A stretch of 64,000 nt of DNA, from the NCBI RefSeq assembly GCF_006345805.1, contig NC_043017.1, forward strand, positions 10,416,001 through 10,480,000. The letters are read 5' to 3'. Positions 1 through 12,445 of this stretch are shown one piece after another (position 1 is the first letter of the stretch; the number at the start of each line of letters is the position of its first letter). The notes beneath the pieces were generated by a model. The model saw only the letters and a program-made list of their open reading frames with translations, was not told the origin of the DNA and did not search any database. The position numbers and the translations under genes were made by a program. This DNA is from Octopus sinensis (taxonomy: Eukaryota).

Positions 1-1064
1 TAACAGTAGAGAATATGGAGACCGGTACATTCTCAAAACTTATTACCTTTTTGTTTTACTCACCAGAGGAATTTACAGCATGAGTGACAACCCATAAGTA
101 GTCAAAGATGTTAAATATTAATCGATGCTGTTAGCCATAACCCAGAACACAACTGAGAACTACCACGGTCTCTGCCCAGATAATGTATCCCTCTAAACTC
201 ATCTATTTATAATATATAAATATGCAAATCTCAAAGCACATAAAGCCATAAATAATAGCTTGTAAATATTGGGTTGACTACAGAAGATACAGGTTCAAAT
301 CCCATGTGCAGTCTTTCCCTTTTTCTATCCAAAGGGATTTTCAACTCAGTATTTGAATGCTATCATTCATAGCCTTATGTGCATCAAGATCCACTGTTCC
401 AAAACAGAATGATTTCGCATTCTTTCAAAAGTTTATAAATTTTTATGACTTCAACAAATGTGTGTGTGTGTGTAATGATAATCCTTTCTTATTTTAGTAC
501 AAGACCAGCAAATTTGAGGGACTGGATATGCTGATTACATCAACCCCTAATACTCAAAGGGTACACGTTTTATCATCCCCAAAAGGATGAAAGGCAAAGT
601 CAACTTCAGCAGAATTTGAACTCAGAACGTAAAGAGAAATGAAATGTCACATATTACAAACACGTAAGCATAATTTCTTCTATACTGAAATTATTGCTAC
701 ATGAAAAAGGCTGTGAAACAGCTGCAATCCTAAAGATACCAAGTGGTTAAATAGATATGTTTACCCCTGATATTAAATGGTTTATATACTCCCCATGAAA
801 CAAATTCATCAATCAGATCCTTTGGGTTTCGTCCACATGAACACACAACGCTTCTCTGTTCTGGATTACCATGGGGACTGTTAGCCGAATCCATGAGAGG
901 AGCTTTATGAGATAGCCACGATTCCTTGAATCTATGTCTCACACTTCAAATTTATATATAAACAGTGGAACCTCAGCTTACAAATTTAATTTGTTCCTGA
1001 AGGCTATATTTCCCATCAAAAATTCAAGAAGTGGCAAGACGCATTTGAGAAGGGATGGACTGCA

Positions 1065-1174
1065 ATCGTGTGCTGAAACAAACACAATTGCAGCATGGAA
1101 GGCGTTTATAAGCCATTTAAGAACATGCCAAAACTGTTAGATTCACTTCAACATTCAAATTTAATTTGTGTCAA
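1065..1174 (-). mobile_element. G3-C8 family copy beginning at the predicted cleavage site
   Basis: Minus strand from 1173 reads TGACACAAATTAAATTTGAATGTTGAAGTGAATC, matching 1701 onward; homology stops 0-1 nt upstream of that point. Confidence 0.6.
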
Positions 1175-1375
1175 CTTGAACAGACACATACATCAGTACA
1201 TAAACATACGTTCACATGTACACATGTCTACACACTAAATACTGACATACATACATAAATAAATAAATAAATAAATACAGATACATCTGTACATGCATGC
1301 ATACATATATACATGTGTATAGGCGTGCACGCATACATACACATGTACACACACAAACATATATATATATATCTT

Positions 1376-1612
1376 GCGAGCTGGCAGAAACGTTAGCGCG
1401 CTGGGCGAAATGCTGAGCGGCATTTCGTCTGTCGTTACGTTCCGAGTTCAAATTCCGCCGAGGTCAACTTTGCCTTTCATCCTTTCGGGGTCGATAAATT
1501 AAGTACCAGTTTCGCACTGGGGGGGGGGGGGGGCGATATAATCGACTCAATCCCTTTGTCTATCCTTGTTTGTCCCCTCTATGTTTAGCCCCTTCTGGAC
1601 AGTAAAGAAATA
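1376..1612 (+). mobile_element. SINE family A (tRNA head plus Meta/MESC-like core)
   Basis: A/B-box head (GAGCTGGCAGAAACGTTAGC...GAGTTCAAATTCC) plus core GCCTTTCATCCTTTCGGGGTCGATAAATTAAGTACC; many copies in the window. Confidence 0.9.
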
Positions 1613-1639
1613 TATGTCTTGAAGTAACTGTTATTTTCT

Positions 1640-1800
1640 CAGATGCTGCACGGAATTTTGTCAGAGAACAGGTCGCAATTTGAAATCGCCGAAAATATTT
1701 TGACACAAATTAAATTTAAATGTTGAAGTGAATCTAACGAGTTTTTTTGGAGGGGTCTTCTTAAAAGGCTTACAAACACCTTCCATGCTGCAATTGTTTA
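1640..1800 (+). mobile_element. PLE-like terminus, G3-C8 family copy
   Basis: Aligns to 57766-57899; both copies end at ...CCATGCTGCAAT(T)GTTT followed by TA. Confidence 0.6.
1659..1705 (+). ncRNA. Type I hammerhead-like motif, G3-C8 family, degenerate copy
   Basis: TGTCA-GAGAACA-G-GTCGC(aatttgaaa)TCGCC-GAAA-ATAT-T-T-TGACA. Stem I 5 bp perfect, palindromic stem III AATATT; U4 mutated to A and stem II damaged. Homologous to 57769-57815. Confidence 0.6.
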
Positions 1801-1802
1801 TA

Positions 1803-2189
1803 TCTTATATCTGCTTCAGTTATTAGACCGTGACCATGCTGGGGCACTGCATATTTAGTCAAATGAATCAACCCCAGTACTTTTTTTAAGCCTGGTACTT
1901 ATTTTGTTGATCTCTTTTACTGAACCACTAAGTTAGGGGGGGGGACATAAACACACCAACACTGGTTGTCAAACAGTGGGTGGTGGGGGACAAACACAGA
2001 CACAAACACACACATACACGCATATACATGCAACAGGTTTCTTTCAGTTTTCGTTTACCAAACCCACTCACAAGGCTTTGGTTGGCACAAGGCTATAGCA
2101 GAAGACACTTGTTCAAGGTACCACACAGTGGGACTGAACCCAGAACCATTGGGCAGCGAGCTTCTTATCACACAGCCACACCTGCACCT
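1803..2189 (-). mobile_element. SINE family B
   Basis: Diverged reverse-complement copy. Confidence 0.82.
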
Positions 2190-2240
2190 ATATATATATA
2201 TTATATATATATACATATTATATATATATATATATATATT

Positions 2241-2331
2241 TAGTTAATCCAAACATGAAAACACAAAGAGAAAACACAACAACGCGAGAACATGGAACAA
2301 GTATAGTGTTATTGGACGCTCAGGAAAGGAA

Positions 2332-2335
<4 letters not shown>
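2241..2335 (-). mobile_element. Short PLE-like terminal fragment lacking the hammerhead
   Basis: Between (TA)n tracts; same layout as the 24163 and 45228 fragments (…GTATAGTGTTATTGGACGCTCAGGAAAG) but cut before the motif. Confidence 0.35.
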
Positions 2336-2388
<53 letters not shown>

Positions 2389-2694
2389 TTACACATACAT
2401 ATTTACACACACAAACTCACACACATGTAAAAAGATTAAATACTTCACCATTCTTGACAGGACCATGTTAACAGAATCTATTGTGTATTCCTAATAAAAG
2501 TCAGTTGGGATTTTTTTTTCCCTGCCTTGCTTTTTATACATATTTACATTCCTAAAAATTAAATCACTGGAGCATGACGATGACAGAAACAGCAACAACA
2601 ACAACACTGTCATCACCAGCAACAGCAGCACTAATTCAAATAAACCTGATTCATCAGACATCTAATGTCTGACTTCAAACTTTTACCAAGTATA

Positions 2695-2921
2695 TCTTTA
2701 CTACCCACAAGGGGCTAAACACAGAGAGAACAAACAAGGACAGACAAACGGATTAAGTCGATTATTTCGACCCCAGTGCGTAACTGGTACTTAATTTATC
2801 GACCCTGAAAGGATGAAAGGCAAAGTCGACCTCAGCGGAATTTGAACTCAGCACGTAACGGCAGACGAAATACCGCTAAGCATTTCACCCGGCGCGCTAA
2901 CAATTCTGCCAGCTTGCCGCC
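2695..2921 (-). mobile_element. SINE family A
   Basis: Reverse complement of the 1376-1612 pattern. Confidence 0.9.
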
Positions 2922-2926
2922 TTTAA

Positions 2927-3145
2927 CCCTTTAGTATTTAAACCGGCCATATCCAGCCAAAATAGTTAATCTGTTTTATGTTCAAACTGACCAGATCCAG
3001 GCTCTCACACCTACCCTACAATGTTATTCTACATTAGGTAATTACACCATCAAGATCTTGAAGATATGAGATAATGCATGATTGATTCAAATCAATGGGA
3101 ATCAATAAGCATTATGTTTGATAGAATAATCTGAACACTAAAGGG
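2927..3145. mobile_element. piggyBac-type MITE
   Basis: TTAA|CCCTTTAGT...ACTAAAGGG|TTAA; decayed relatives near 9370-9450, 20170-20290, 47200-47360 and 47590-47750. Confidence 0.8.
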
Positions 3146-3581
3146 TTAACCAACTTTGCTGCAATAAGACAACATACACTGAGAGAGAGAGGGGGGGATG
3201 AATAGGGGCAGGGACTGCATAGACTGATGGACTAAGTGGCCAAAATATGTGACAAGGTCAAAAATATGATACAATGTTGTGATGAGCACAACAGATGAGA
3301 AGCTGGAGAAGAAACTGCTGCTGCTGCTCTTACTATTGTTATTATGAAGGATGATGACGATGATGGTAATGAGGATGATCAAGTTTGGATCTGGTTGCAA
3401 ATTTGCGAGGATTGTGTGCTTGTGTGTGTGTCTGTGTGTGTATATGTATAAATGTAGAGTTAAGCTTCTTGTCCCGTCATATGTAAATTGAGCCAAACAT
3501 TTAGTGAAGAAACGCTGAGTACACTTAAGTAGATTATCAAATGAATATGTAAAAATAAATTTGATACTGTGTTGATGTATG

Positions 3582-3629
<48 letters not shown>

Positions 3630-3763
3630 TTCCTAAACTATAAGAGATAAGGAAACTTGATATCAATTTTATTAATACTTATATATGCTGCCCTAGTAAT
3701 TTATTATAAAACAAGCTCAGCTGAATTCTTTTATATATATTATAGTAGGGTAGACAGGTTTAT

Positions 3764-3824
3764 GGGGTTACCCAGGGTTTCTTGATCATAAGGTGTTTAG
3801 CCTTAAGGTGTATCTTCAGACCCC
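3764..3824 (-). ncRNA. Type I hammerhead-like motif with extended stem I
   Basis: Minus strand GGGGT-CTGAAGA-(31 nt, poorly paired base of stem II)-GAAA-CCCTGGG-T-A-ACCCC. Intact core, GUA site, stem III ACCC.GGGT. Flanking 25-bp inverted repeat 3741-3765/3844-3868 (3 mismatches) extends stem I. Confidence 0.65.
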
Positions 3825-3982
3825 AAATACTGCTGGCCTGAGACCATAAACCGGCCTACCCCACTATAATATTAACTGCTCTACATCTTAGAGTGTGCTT
3901 CTTCTCATGATTCATGTATTTCTACAAACAATTCTCTCTCTCTCTCGCTCTCTCTCTCTCTATATATATACATATATTTTTA

Positions 3983-4290
3983 TTTATGCGCCTTTTCCAA
4001 GCCTAGCCAGGCTCATGGGCTCGGTTTCCTGGTTTCTATGGCGTATGTGTTCCCCTCAGGTGGACGGGACGCCAGTCCAGTACAACATTACTCAAGAAGC
4101 AGGAAGAAAGAGTGAGAGAAAGTTGGCACAAAAGAGTACAACAGGGGTCGCCACCACGCCCTGCCGGAGCCTTATGGAGCTTTAGGTGTTTCCACTCAAT
4201 AAACACACACAACGCCCAGTCTGGGAATCGAAACTGCGATCCTCCAACCGCGAGTCTGCTGCCCTAATCATTGGGCCATTGCGCCTCCAC
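3983..4290 (-). mobile_element. SINE family C, tail type 2
   Basis: Same head of about 190 nt, then an unrelated tail GGACTGGCGTCCCGTCCA...GAAACCAGGAAACCGAGCCCATGAGCC. Confidence 0.85.
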
Positions 4291-4291
4291 C

Positions 4292-4347
<56 letters not shown>

Positions 4348-4356
4348 TATAGAAGG

Positions 4357-4407
4357 AGCTTCTACAGGACTAGAACTGTTTCATTCAAGAGAAATCTTCA
4401 GGAAGCT
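4357..4407 (-). ncRNA. Type I hammerhead-like motif, left arm of palindrome
   Basis: Exact reverse complement of 5052-5102. Confidence 0.75.
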
Positions 4408-5051
4408 AGTTAACAAGAATTGTATTGGCATTTATACATTTAGGCAGGTTTAAAGGGGTGTTGGTGGGGGACTTTTTGGGGGTAGGCATAGCGCAAAATA
4501 TCATACTTGGGGGAGTGGTCAAGGAGTCAGTGTTAAATTAGATAGAAGAATAAATAAAAAAAATAAAAAAATATATAAAAAAATATATAAAAATATATAT
4601 AAAAAAAGGGAATAGAGTTTTAGGTAAATAAGGAGATTCTCACTTATACCTATGCACATATGTATACATATATACACACACATACAAACATATATACATA
4701 TACATACACACATACGTACACACATATATATGTGTGTGTGTACGTATGTGTGTATGTATATGTATATATGTTTGTATGTGTGTGTATATATGTATACATA
4801 TGTGCATAGGTATAAGTGAGAATCTCCTTATTTACCTAAAACTCTATTCCCCTTTTTTTATATATATTTTTATATATTTTTTTATATATTTTTTTATTTT
4901 TTTATTTATTCTTCTATCTAATTTAACACTGACTCCTTGACCACTCCCCCAAGTATGATATTTTGCGCTATGCCTACCCCCAAAAAGTCCCCCACCAACA
5001 CCCCTTTAAACCTGCCTAAATGTATAAATGCCAATACAATTCTTGTTAACT

Positions 5052-5102
5052 AGCTTCCTGAAGATTTCTCTTGAATGAAACAGTTCTAGTCCTGTAGAAG
5101 CT
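5052..5102 (+). ncRNA. Type I hammerhead-like motif, right arm of palindrome
   Basis: AGCTTC-CTGAAGA-TTTC(tctt)GAAT-GAAA-CAG(ttctagtc)CTG-T-A-GAAGCT. Stem I 6 bp, stem III 4 bp, intact core, GUA site (cleavage after 5096). Base of stem II non-canonical (U.U, or extra U before G12). Confidence 0.75.
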
Positions 5103-5196
5103 CCTTCTATATATAAATTAATTTTACTCTACTATGTATGAGTACCTTATTTACTGTGGTTAACCCCGAATCAACCCGGGACCTACAATATATATA

Positions 5197-5237
<41 letters not shown>

Positions 5238-6144
5238 GGGCTTCCACACAGTTTCAATTTACCAAATTCACTCAGAACATACTGTGTCAGTTTGGGGGGC
5301 TGTAGAAGAAGATACTTGCCCAAGGGGCTGCACCATGGGACTGAACCCAGAACCCTGTGGTTGCAAAGTGAGCTGCTTAACCACACAAGCCATGCCTGTA
5401 TCTTCCACACAGCAATTCATATACAGATGTGTGTGCCCAACAGGCCAACAGCTGGGAGCAGCAAACGAGCTATACACATATATACATAATTACACACACA
5501 CACACACACACACACCTTTAATGGATTAAATGCAAAAGAAAGAAAAGAAAAGAGAAAATACAAAGAGATGAATGATCGTGTTTGATACCCATTTACTGAT
5601 TGCCTGCTGACGGACAGTTTTCAAGATGAAACTGGTTACTGGAGCAGACAAATTTGTGTTTTGTCATAAAGGAAAGTATTTGATCTCTACTTTGCCATAC
5701 TTAGATCTCTAAATTTGTAATATAATATCATATCATATCATATATAAAACACACTTGAAGCATATCTGGTGTTTTCATTTTAACGTATTATACACACACA
5801 CACACACACATCATTTAATAACATCACCATCATTTAATGTCCATTGTTCATGCTGACATGGGTTGGACAGTTTGACTGGGCTGGCACATTGGAAGGCTGC
5901 AGTCTGATTTGGCATGGTTTTCTACAGCTGGATGCCCTTCCTAACACCAACCGCTCAGATAGTGTAATGGGTGTTTTTACGTGCCACCAGCACGTGATTG
6001 GAGAGACATTTGACTGCTATTTCTATCTTGTAGTGGTACCCTTAGTGAATGGTGGAGGTTATCTACTTGGTAGGAGGGAAAGACAGATACTGCATTGCAA
6101 ATCTTTCCAACTCACATTACAATGAATGAATGGGACAAATGCAT

Positions 6145-6495
6145 TGGTTGATGATGATGACAATGATGATGATGATGACAATGATGATGACAATGATGAT
6201 GACAATGATGATGATGCTGGTATAGTTATAGAGTGACGCCGATGATGATGATAATGAGGAGGAGGATGGTGGTGATGATGACAGTTATAGCAATGATGAT
6301 GATGATGATTACTGTAGCAATGTTGGAGATGACAGTGATGACGATTAGGACTGATGATGTCAGTGATGATGATGATGATTAGGACAACGACAATGATGGT
6401 GATGATGATAATGACAGTGATAGTGATGATGATGTTGATGATGATGACAATGCGGGTGGTGGTGGTGGTGGTGATGATGATGATGATGATAATAT
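6145..6495. repeat. Compound (GAT)n/(GGT)n low-complexity tract
   Basis: Directly visible; representative of dozens of simple repeats (for example 2335-2381 TA, 10120-10185 GGT/GA, 12870-12965 TAA, 36820-36945 GAT/TAA, 37790-38105 GA-rich, 48866-48907 GA). Confidence 0.95.
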
Positions 6496-6814
6496 AACCA
6501 TTATGACTGATTCCAAACAGCTGTTGATTTAAGATAGTTACGGGGTTAGAATAATAGAGTGTGCATATGTTACAGCTATTAACAATGGTACAAGTACAAA
6601 GAGTTAACTAAAAGACTTAGTTACGCTGCTGCTACTGCAGCGGTGGTGGTGGTGGTGGTGGTAGCGGTGGTGGTGGCGGTGGCGGCAGTGGTGGTAGACA
6701 CAACGCTGAAACTTGGAGTGTAATTCAAAGAGAGAAGAATGCCTGAGTGTGAAAGAACTTGGGAGAACCAAGATGTAGGTGCGTCTGTGTGTGCATGCAT
6801 GAATGTGTGTGTAT

Positions 6815-6850
<36 letters not shown>

Positions 6851-7249
6851 TGAATGCAGAAGAGAGAAACACTCAGAGACACATGCAGACACATACATAC
6901 ATACACACATATATACACAAACGAACCCTCTAAATCTGTCTCACACACACACACACACACACACTCATATCTAGACATACGGGACAAAATTATAAGATGG
7001 TTAATACTTCTTTTGCAACCATTTTGAGTATCGTTTTAATTTCCTTCTTTCTCCATCTATATTGTATGTTGTTTTCCTTTTATAAAAATAAACATAGTAT
7101 CATTAATTAGGCAGCATAATTAACATAATTATAATTTTTATTATATTAACACAGATTAACAGACTCGAGAGAGAGTGTCTTTGCAATATTTTCCTTAGTG
7201 CCTGGTATCTTCTAAGATCAAATTCCACCCTTAATGCTTTATCGAAAGT

Positions 7250-7700
7250 GCAAGTACTGAAGACAAATCAACTTGCCCGCCTCTCCAAAACCTTTTGTGG
7301 CCTCATGCCTTTGTTAGTTCGGCATCTAGGCATTAGTGTACTGATGCACAGAGAGTTATGTCTAACAGCTGTTGGTACATGCAGACTAAACAAGAAGCTC
7401 AACCAACGAGTCTCCAGTAAAGATCACCTTGCTATCCTCCTTCAACTGGGAAGGGCAGACGGCAGGAAGGGAGTTCTGCTTTGTTTCATTTTGTCTGTCT
7501 GGTGGCTACGTTGAGAGAGATTGAGAGCAAACAAGGCTTGTAAGGACTCAAGACCCAAGAGGCTTTCTTCTTTGGTCAAGCCCTTGACCACCTTCGATAT
7601 GGAAAGGGAGGAAAAGGCAGAGAGGAAAGTGCTCCTCTGCTATGAACTGGACATAAGCAAAATGGCTGGGGCAGAAACAATGAGAGTACATAGAACACCT
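7250..7700 (+). pseudogene. Probable L1/Tx1-clade LINE C-terminal fragment
   Basis: Frameshifted blocks CP...HAFV / QLLVHAD..ESPVKITL..FNWEG / FVCLVA...GLKT...GQAL recall Tx1 ORF2 C-termini; recognition from memory only. Confidence 0.45.
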
Positions 7701-8492
7701 CTGAGCAAGCATCTGACTGTCATACTATAGTCTTCGGCCAACCAAAGCCTTGTGAGTGGATTGGGTAGACGGAAACTGAAAGATGCCTGTCATATATATG
7801 CTATGTATTTGTGTGTCTGTGTTTGTTCCCCCACCTTTGCTTGACAACCAATGCTGGTGTGTTTACATCACCATAACTTGGTGGTTCGGCAAAAGAGACT
7901 GATAGAATAAGTACTAGGCTTACAAAGAATGAGTCCTGGGGTTAATTTGTTTGATCTCAGCATGGCCGCAGTCAAATGACTGAAACAAATAAAAGAGTAT
8001 TGTTTAATTGTCCCTTTTTCATGCTAGTTTGGGGTCAGACCAAATTTATCAAGGCAGATTTTCTTTGGCCAAATACTTTTCTTGTCACCAACCATCACCT
8101 GTTTCCAAGCAAAGAGATATTTCCCCTGAGCCGGATACATTTTCCATGGAAGACTAGAAATGGACAACATCACTTGTATGACAGGGGTATTTGTTTACAA
8201 CTATCACATGATGTCTCGACAACAGGACACACATACACACATACATGTACATATACATATATATGTGTGTGTCTGCACATAGATATATTCTTTTATTTGT
8301 TTCAGTCACTTGACTGCGACCATGCCGGAGCACAGCCTTTAGTCGAACAAATCGACCCAGGACTTATTCTTTGTAAGCCTAATACTTATTCTTCCAGTGT
8401 CTTTTGCTGAACTGCTAAGTTACAGGATGTAAATACACCAACATCAATTGTCAAGCGATGGTGGGGGGTGACAAACACAGACGCAGAAACAT

Positions 8493-8525
<33 letters not shown>

Positions 8526-8531
8526 CATATA

Positions 8532-8565
<34 letters not shown>

Positions 8566-9120
8566 ATTATTTTACTTGTTTCAGTTATTTGATTGCAGAC
8601 ATACTGGCGCACTGCCTAAAATGGTTTTAGTCAAAAAAATCGACCCTGGGACTTATTCCTTGTAAGCTTAGTACTTATTTTATCGGTCTCTTTGCTGAAC
8701 CACTAAGTTACAGGGATATAAACACAGACACCAAGACACACATAAATGTATATATATATATAAGGACGTGCTTCTCTCAGTTTCCATGTACCAGATCCAC
8801 TTACAAGGTTTTGGTCAGCCTGTAGAAGACACTTGGCCAAGGTGGCACGCACTGAAACCAGAACCATGAGGCAACAACCATCTGCCCCAATCCATGCATA
8901 CATTTTACATGAGTAATTTTAGTCTAAAACTTTATTTAAAAAATATGTACTTTAAAAACTATAACTATAAGAAGAAAATGGAACGTTATTTAAAACCAAT
9001 ATTTAAAGAAGATAATGTACATCACTGTTTATGCCTCCACGTAGACTCGACCCTTTTGCCTTCAGATTATTCTGTCAAATTAAATACTTATTTATCCACA
9101 TTGTTTTCATTTAATTATAC

Positions 9121-9321
9121 CAGTGGTTTTCAACCAGGGTTCCGCCAGTACAGTCCAGGGGTTCCGCAAGAAGTTACAAAACTGCTAAAATCGGCAGTAA
9201 TTTTCAATTCTCCTGTGCAGATATGTGTGCATAAGACTATTAAATTATTGCACAGGGGTTCTTCGAGCCAGCGGAATGTTTCCTTGGGGTTCCACTCCAG
9301 CAAAATGTTTGAAAAACACTG
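9121..9321. mobile_element. hAT-type MITE
   Basis: TIR CAGTGGTTTTCAACC / GTTTGAAAAACACTG; perfect 8-bp TSD AATTATAC (9113-9120, 9322-9329). Confidence 0.9.
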
Positions 9322-10145
9322 AATTATACCATTATCTCCTAGCTTTATGATTTTGATGATGTGATTGTGTACTTTTAGAAAGACATTGTAGGGTAGGTGT
9401 GAGAGACTGGATCTTTTGGCTGGATGTGGCCAATTGAAATACTTAAAGGGCTAATGACAAAGTCAACTGATATTTGCTCTTAGATACTGTACCAACTGAT
9501 GACTGCTTCTCCAGCAACAAACTTTAAGTAATGAACAAATAGTCAACTTTACTAAGAATGTATGGCTATATATACATTCACACACATGTGTTTATTGGGG
9601 CTTCTGTGTACACACACACACACACACACAAATACATAAACATACATTGTATTGAGGTGTATATGTCTGTGTATGTATATATATATATATGTGTGTATGC
9701 GTATGTATTGTTTTGGAGTATGAGTGTTTGTGTATGTTTTATATATATATATATATATATACATATATGTATATATATATGTATATATATATACTGTTTT
9801 TGCATGCACACATACACACATATATATTACAGAACATTCCTTTTGTTTGTCTAACACACACACACAGATGTAATACATTAACAACACCCTATACACACAC
9901 ACACACATACAAACACCACAACCGCCCTACCAGCCTCCAACACCAAACAGGTCAGATACAGAACTTCATAAAACTTATATTTCAATCATATTTAAACACC
10001 AATATTATGGCGGCAATGGTGGTGATAGGGTGGTGCTGGCGGGGGTGGGGGTGGAGTGGAGTGGAGATGAGGAAAGAAAGGATGTGGGGATGGTGGTGGT
10101 GGTGGTGGTGTGGGGGTGGGGATAATATTGTGTGAAGTGAGAGAA

Positions 10146-10191
<46 letters not shown>

Positions 10192-10401
10192 AAGGAGAGA
10201 AACCATTCATATATTTACAGAAACTACAATGTAATCTGATCTGTTTATTCAGAAAGAACCATTCTGAAGGGCAACAATAACAACAACAACATTAATAATA
10301 ATAATGATGATGATGATGATGATGATGATTTTGATGTTCATGTTGATGATAACTAATAACTAAGCAAAACTAAACTCCCTCCTTCCCTCTCTCTCTCTCT
10401 C

Positions 10402-10451
<50 letters not shown>

Positions 10452-10925
10452 TCCTTCTCTCTATCTTTTGGAGACTTACGAAATGTTATTCAAAGTAAGA
10501 AAAAGTAGAGCATCGGAGGGGGGGAGGAGAGCCATATTTTTGCTCTGAATAAATAATGCAGAAGAGGAAGATTCAGAAGGTGTGGGGGAGGGGGAGGAGG
10601 AGCAAGGAGGAGTTTAGTAGAGAGAGACATGAGGGGAGGGGCACAAAGTGAGAGCAGAACTGCCAACAGAGAGGATTAAAGAATCAAACAAGCAACAAGA
10701 GGTTTGAGATAATGATGATGATGATGGTGATGATGGTGACAATGGTGGTGGTGGTGGTGGTTGACGGAAGTGGGGATGGCAATTGTGGTGGAGACTTGGC
10801 AAGGCAAAATGTATTGGAGGGGCCGGGAGGTGGGGGAGGGATTTCACTTCTCACCATCACAATCCCTTACCACCACCACCACCACCACCACCACCACCAC
10901 CACCACCACCACCACCACCACCAAC

Positions 10926-10956
<31 letters not shown>

Positions 10957-11467
10957 CCCAGCACCCTTTGTCCCTTCTGCTACAACCACAACAACACTTT
11001 GAAGACATTGTCATGTGACCACCACAAGCCGATGACTCTATAGATGCGAAGCCATTCACCAAGGCAGCCTCACCATTGGTGCTCAGCCTGCTTGAAATAG
11101 CAGCCAAAATCTTTTTTAAATTTAAACCCCGAAATCTTGAAAAGAGGAAGGACACATTGCTTAATATAGCTCAAGGTAACTCTAACAAAGACAGGATGGT
11201 CCTGGTTGGAATACTTTCAATCATAGGGTCTACTCAATCAAGAGTAATAGTTAATCGATATGCGATTAACTACCATTTTACTTTTACAGGCATGGCCGTG
11301 TGGGTAACAAGCTTGCTTGCCTACCGTGTGGTTTTAGGTTCAGTCCCATGGCTCAGCACCTTAAACAAGTGTCTTTCACAATAGACCCAGACCAACCGGA
11401 GTTTTAGGAGTGGAGTTGGTAAATGGAAACTAAAGGCACCTCACCATATGTGTGTGTGTGTGTGTAT

Positions 11468-11508
<41 letters not shown>

Positions 11509-11533
11509 CACATATATATATAGAGAGAGGTAA

Positions 11534-11572
<39 letters not shown>

Positions 11573-11685
11573 GTAATAATAAATTAAATATATATTTTAC
11601 TAAGACCCTGCTCAGAGCAAGCCCAGGGCAAGACTGAAACCTGCACAGGATGTTACAGTCTCTATAAGACTCCACCCACAAGGCA

Positions 11686-11730
<45 letters not shown>

Positions 11731-12445
11731 TACATATATATATATGCTGATGGCTCATTAAAAGCACTCAGTATACTCTATTGAGTGGTTGGCATTAGAA
11801 AGGGCATCCAGCTGTAAAAGCTGTGCCGGAACAGACTCCGGAGACTAGTGCGGCCCCGGGCCTTATCAGCCACGATCAAGCCATCCAATCCATACCAATT
11901 AAATGATGATGACATATTTATGTATATTTACTTATTTATATATATTATTTATTTACTTATATCATAATCATCGTTTAACGTTTGCTTTCCATGCTGGCAT
12001 GGGCTGGACAGTTTAACAGGAATTGGGCAACTGAAAAGCTATGCAGGCCCCATGTTTGTTTTGGTATGGTTTCTATGGCTGGATGCCCTTCCTAAAACCG
12101 ACCACTTTACAGAGTGTATCAGGTGCTTTTTATATGTCACCAGGATGGGCACACTCACACAACACCAGCACAAGTGCCTTTCATGTGACACTGGCACCTG
12201 TAAAGGTCAAGCCTGTATGTATGGAGGGCAGCAATTATTACATAGCATGATGCATCTTCTCCAAGTATACACACAGACACACCTTTTAATATAATCTTTA
12301 GAACATCAAACAGGACACCCTCCAGGGGCCATGTGTACATTTGAATTATTTTTTCTTTACATAATTTTATCGTCCACTTTTCCATGTATGCATGAATCAG
12401 AGTTTGTCGGAGTAGATCTTCAAATCATACCAAGACACCACCTAC

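Larger units (their letters stand above)
4346..5185. mobile_element. Head-to-head inverted duplication of a hammerhead-bearing PLE-like terminus
   Basis: Arms 4346-4724 and 4731-5113 are near-perfect reverse complements with essentially no spacer. The right copy continues about 70 nt to a (TA)n tract. One hammerhead at each outer end. Confidence 0.7.

Noticed and set aside
203-229. Octamer ATGCAAAT next to a TATA-like stretch (snRNA- or H2B-type promoter)
   Set aside because: No recognisable downstream snRNA or histone gene; expected by chance in AT-rich DNA.
5600-5645. CTGACGG...GAAACTGGT hammerhead candidate
   Set aside because: Stem II and stem I do not pair.
9494-9530. CTGATGA hammerhead core candidate
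   Set aside because: Followed by CAAA rather than GAAA, and no stem I or III pairing.
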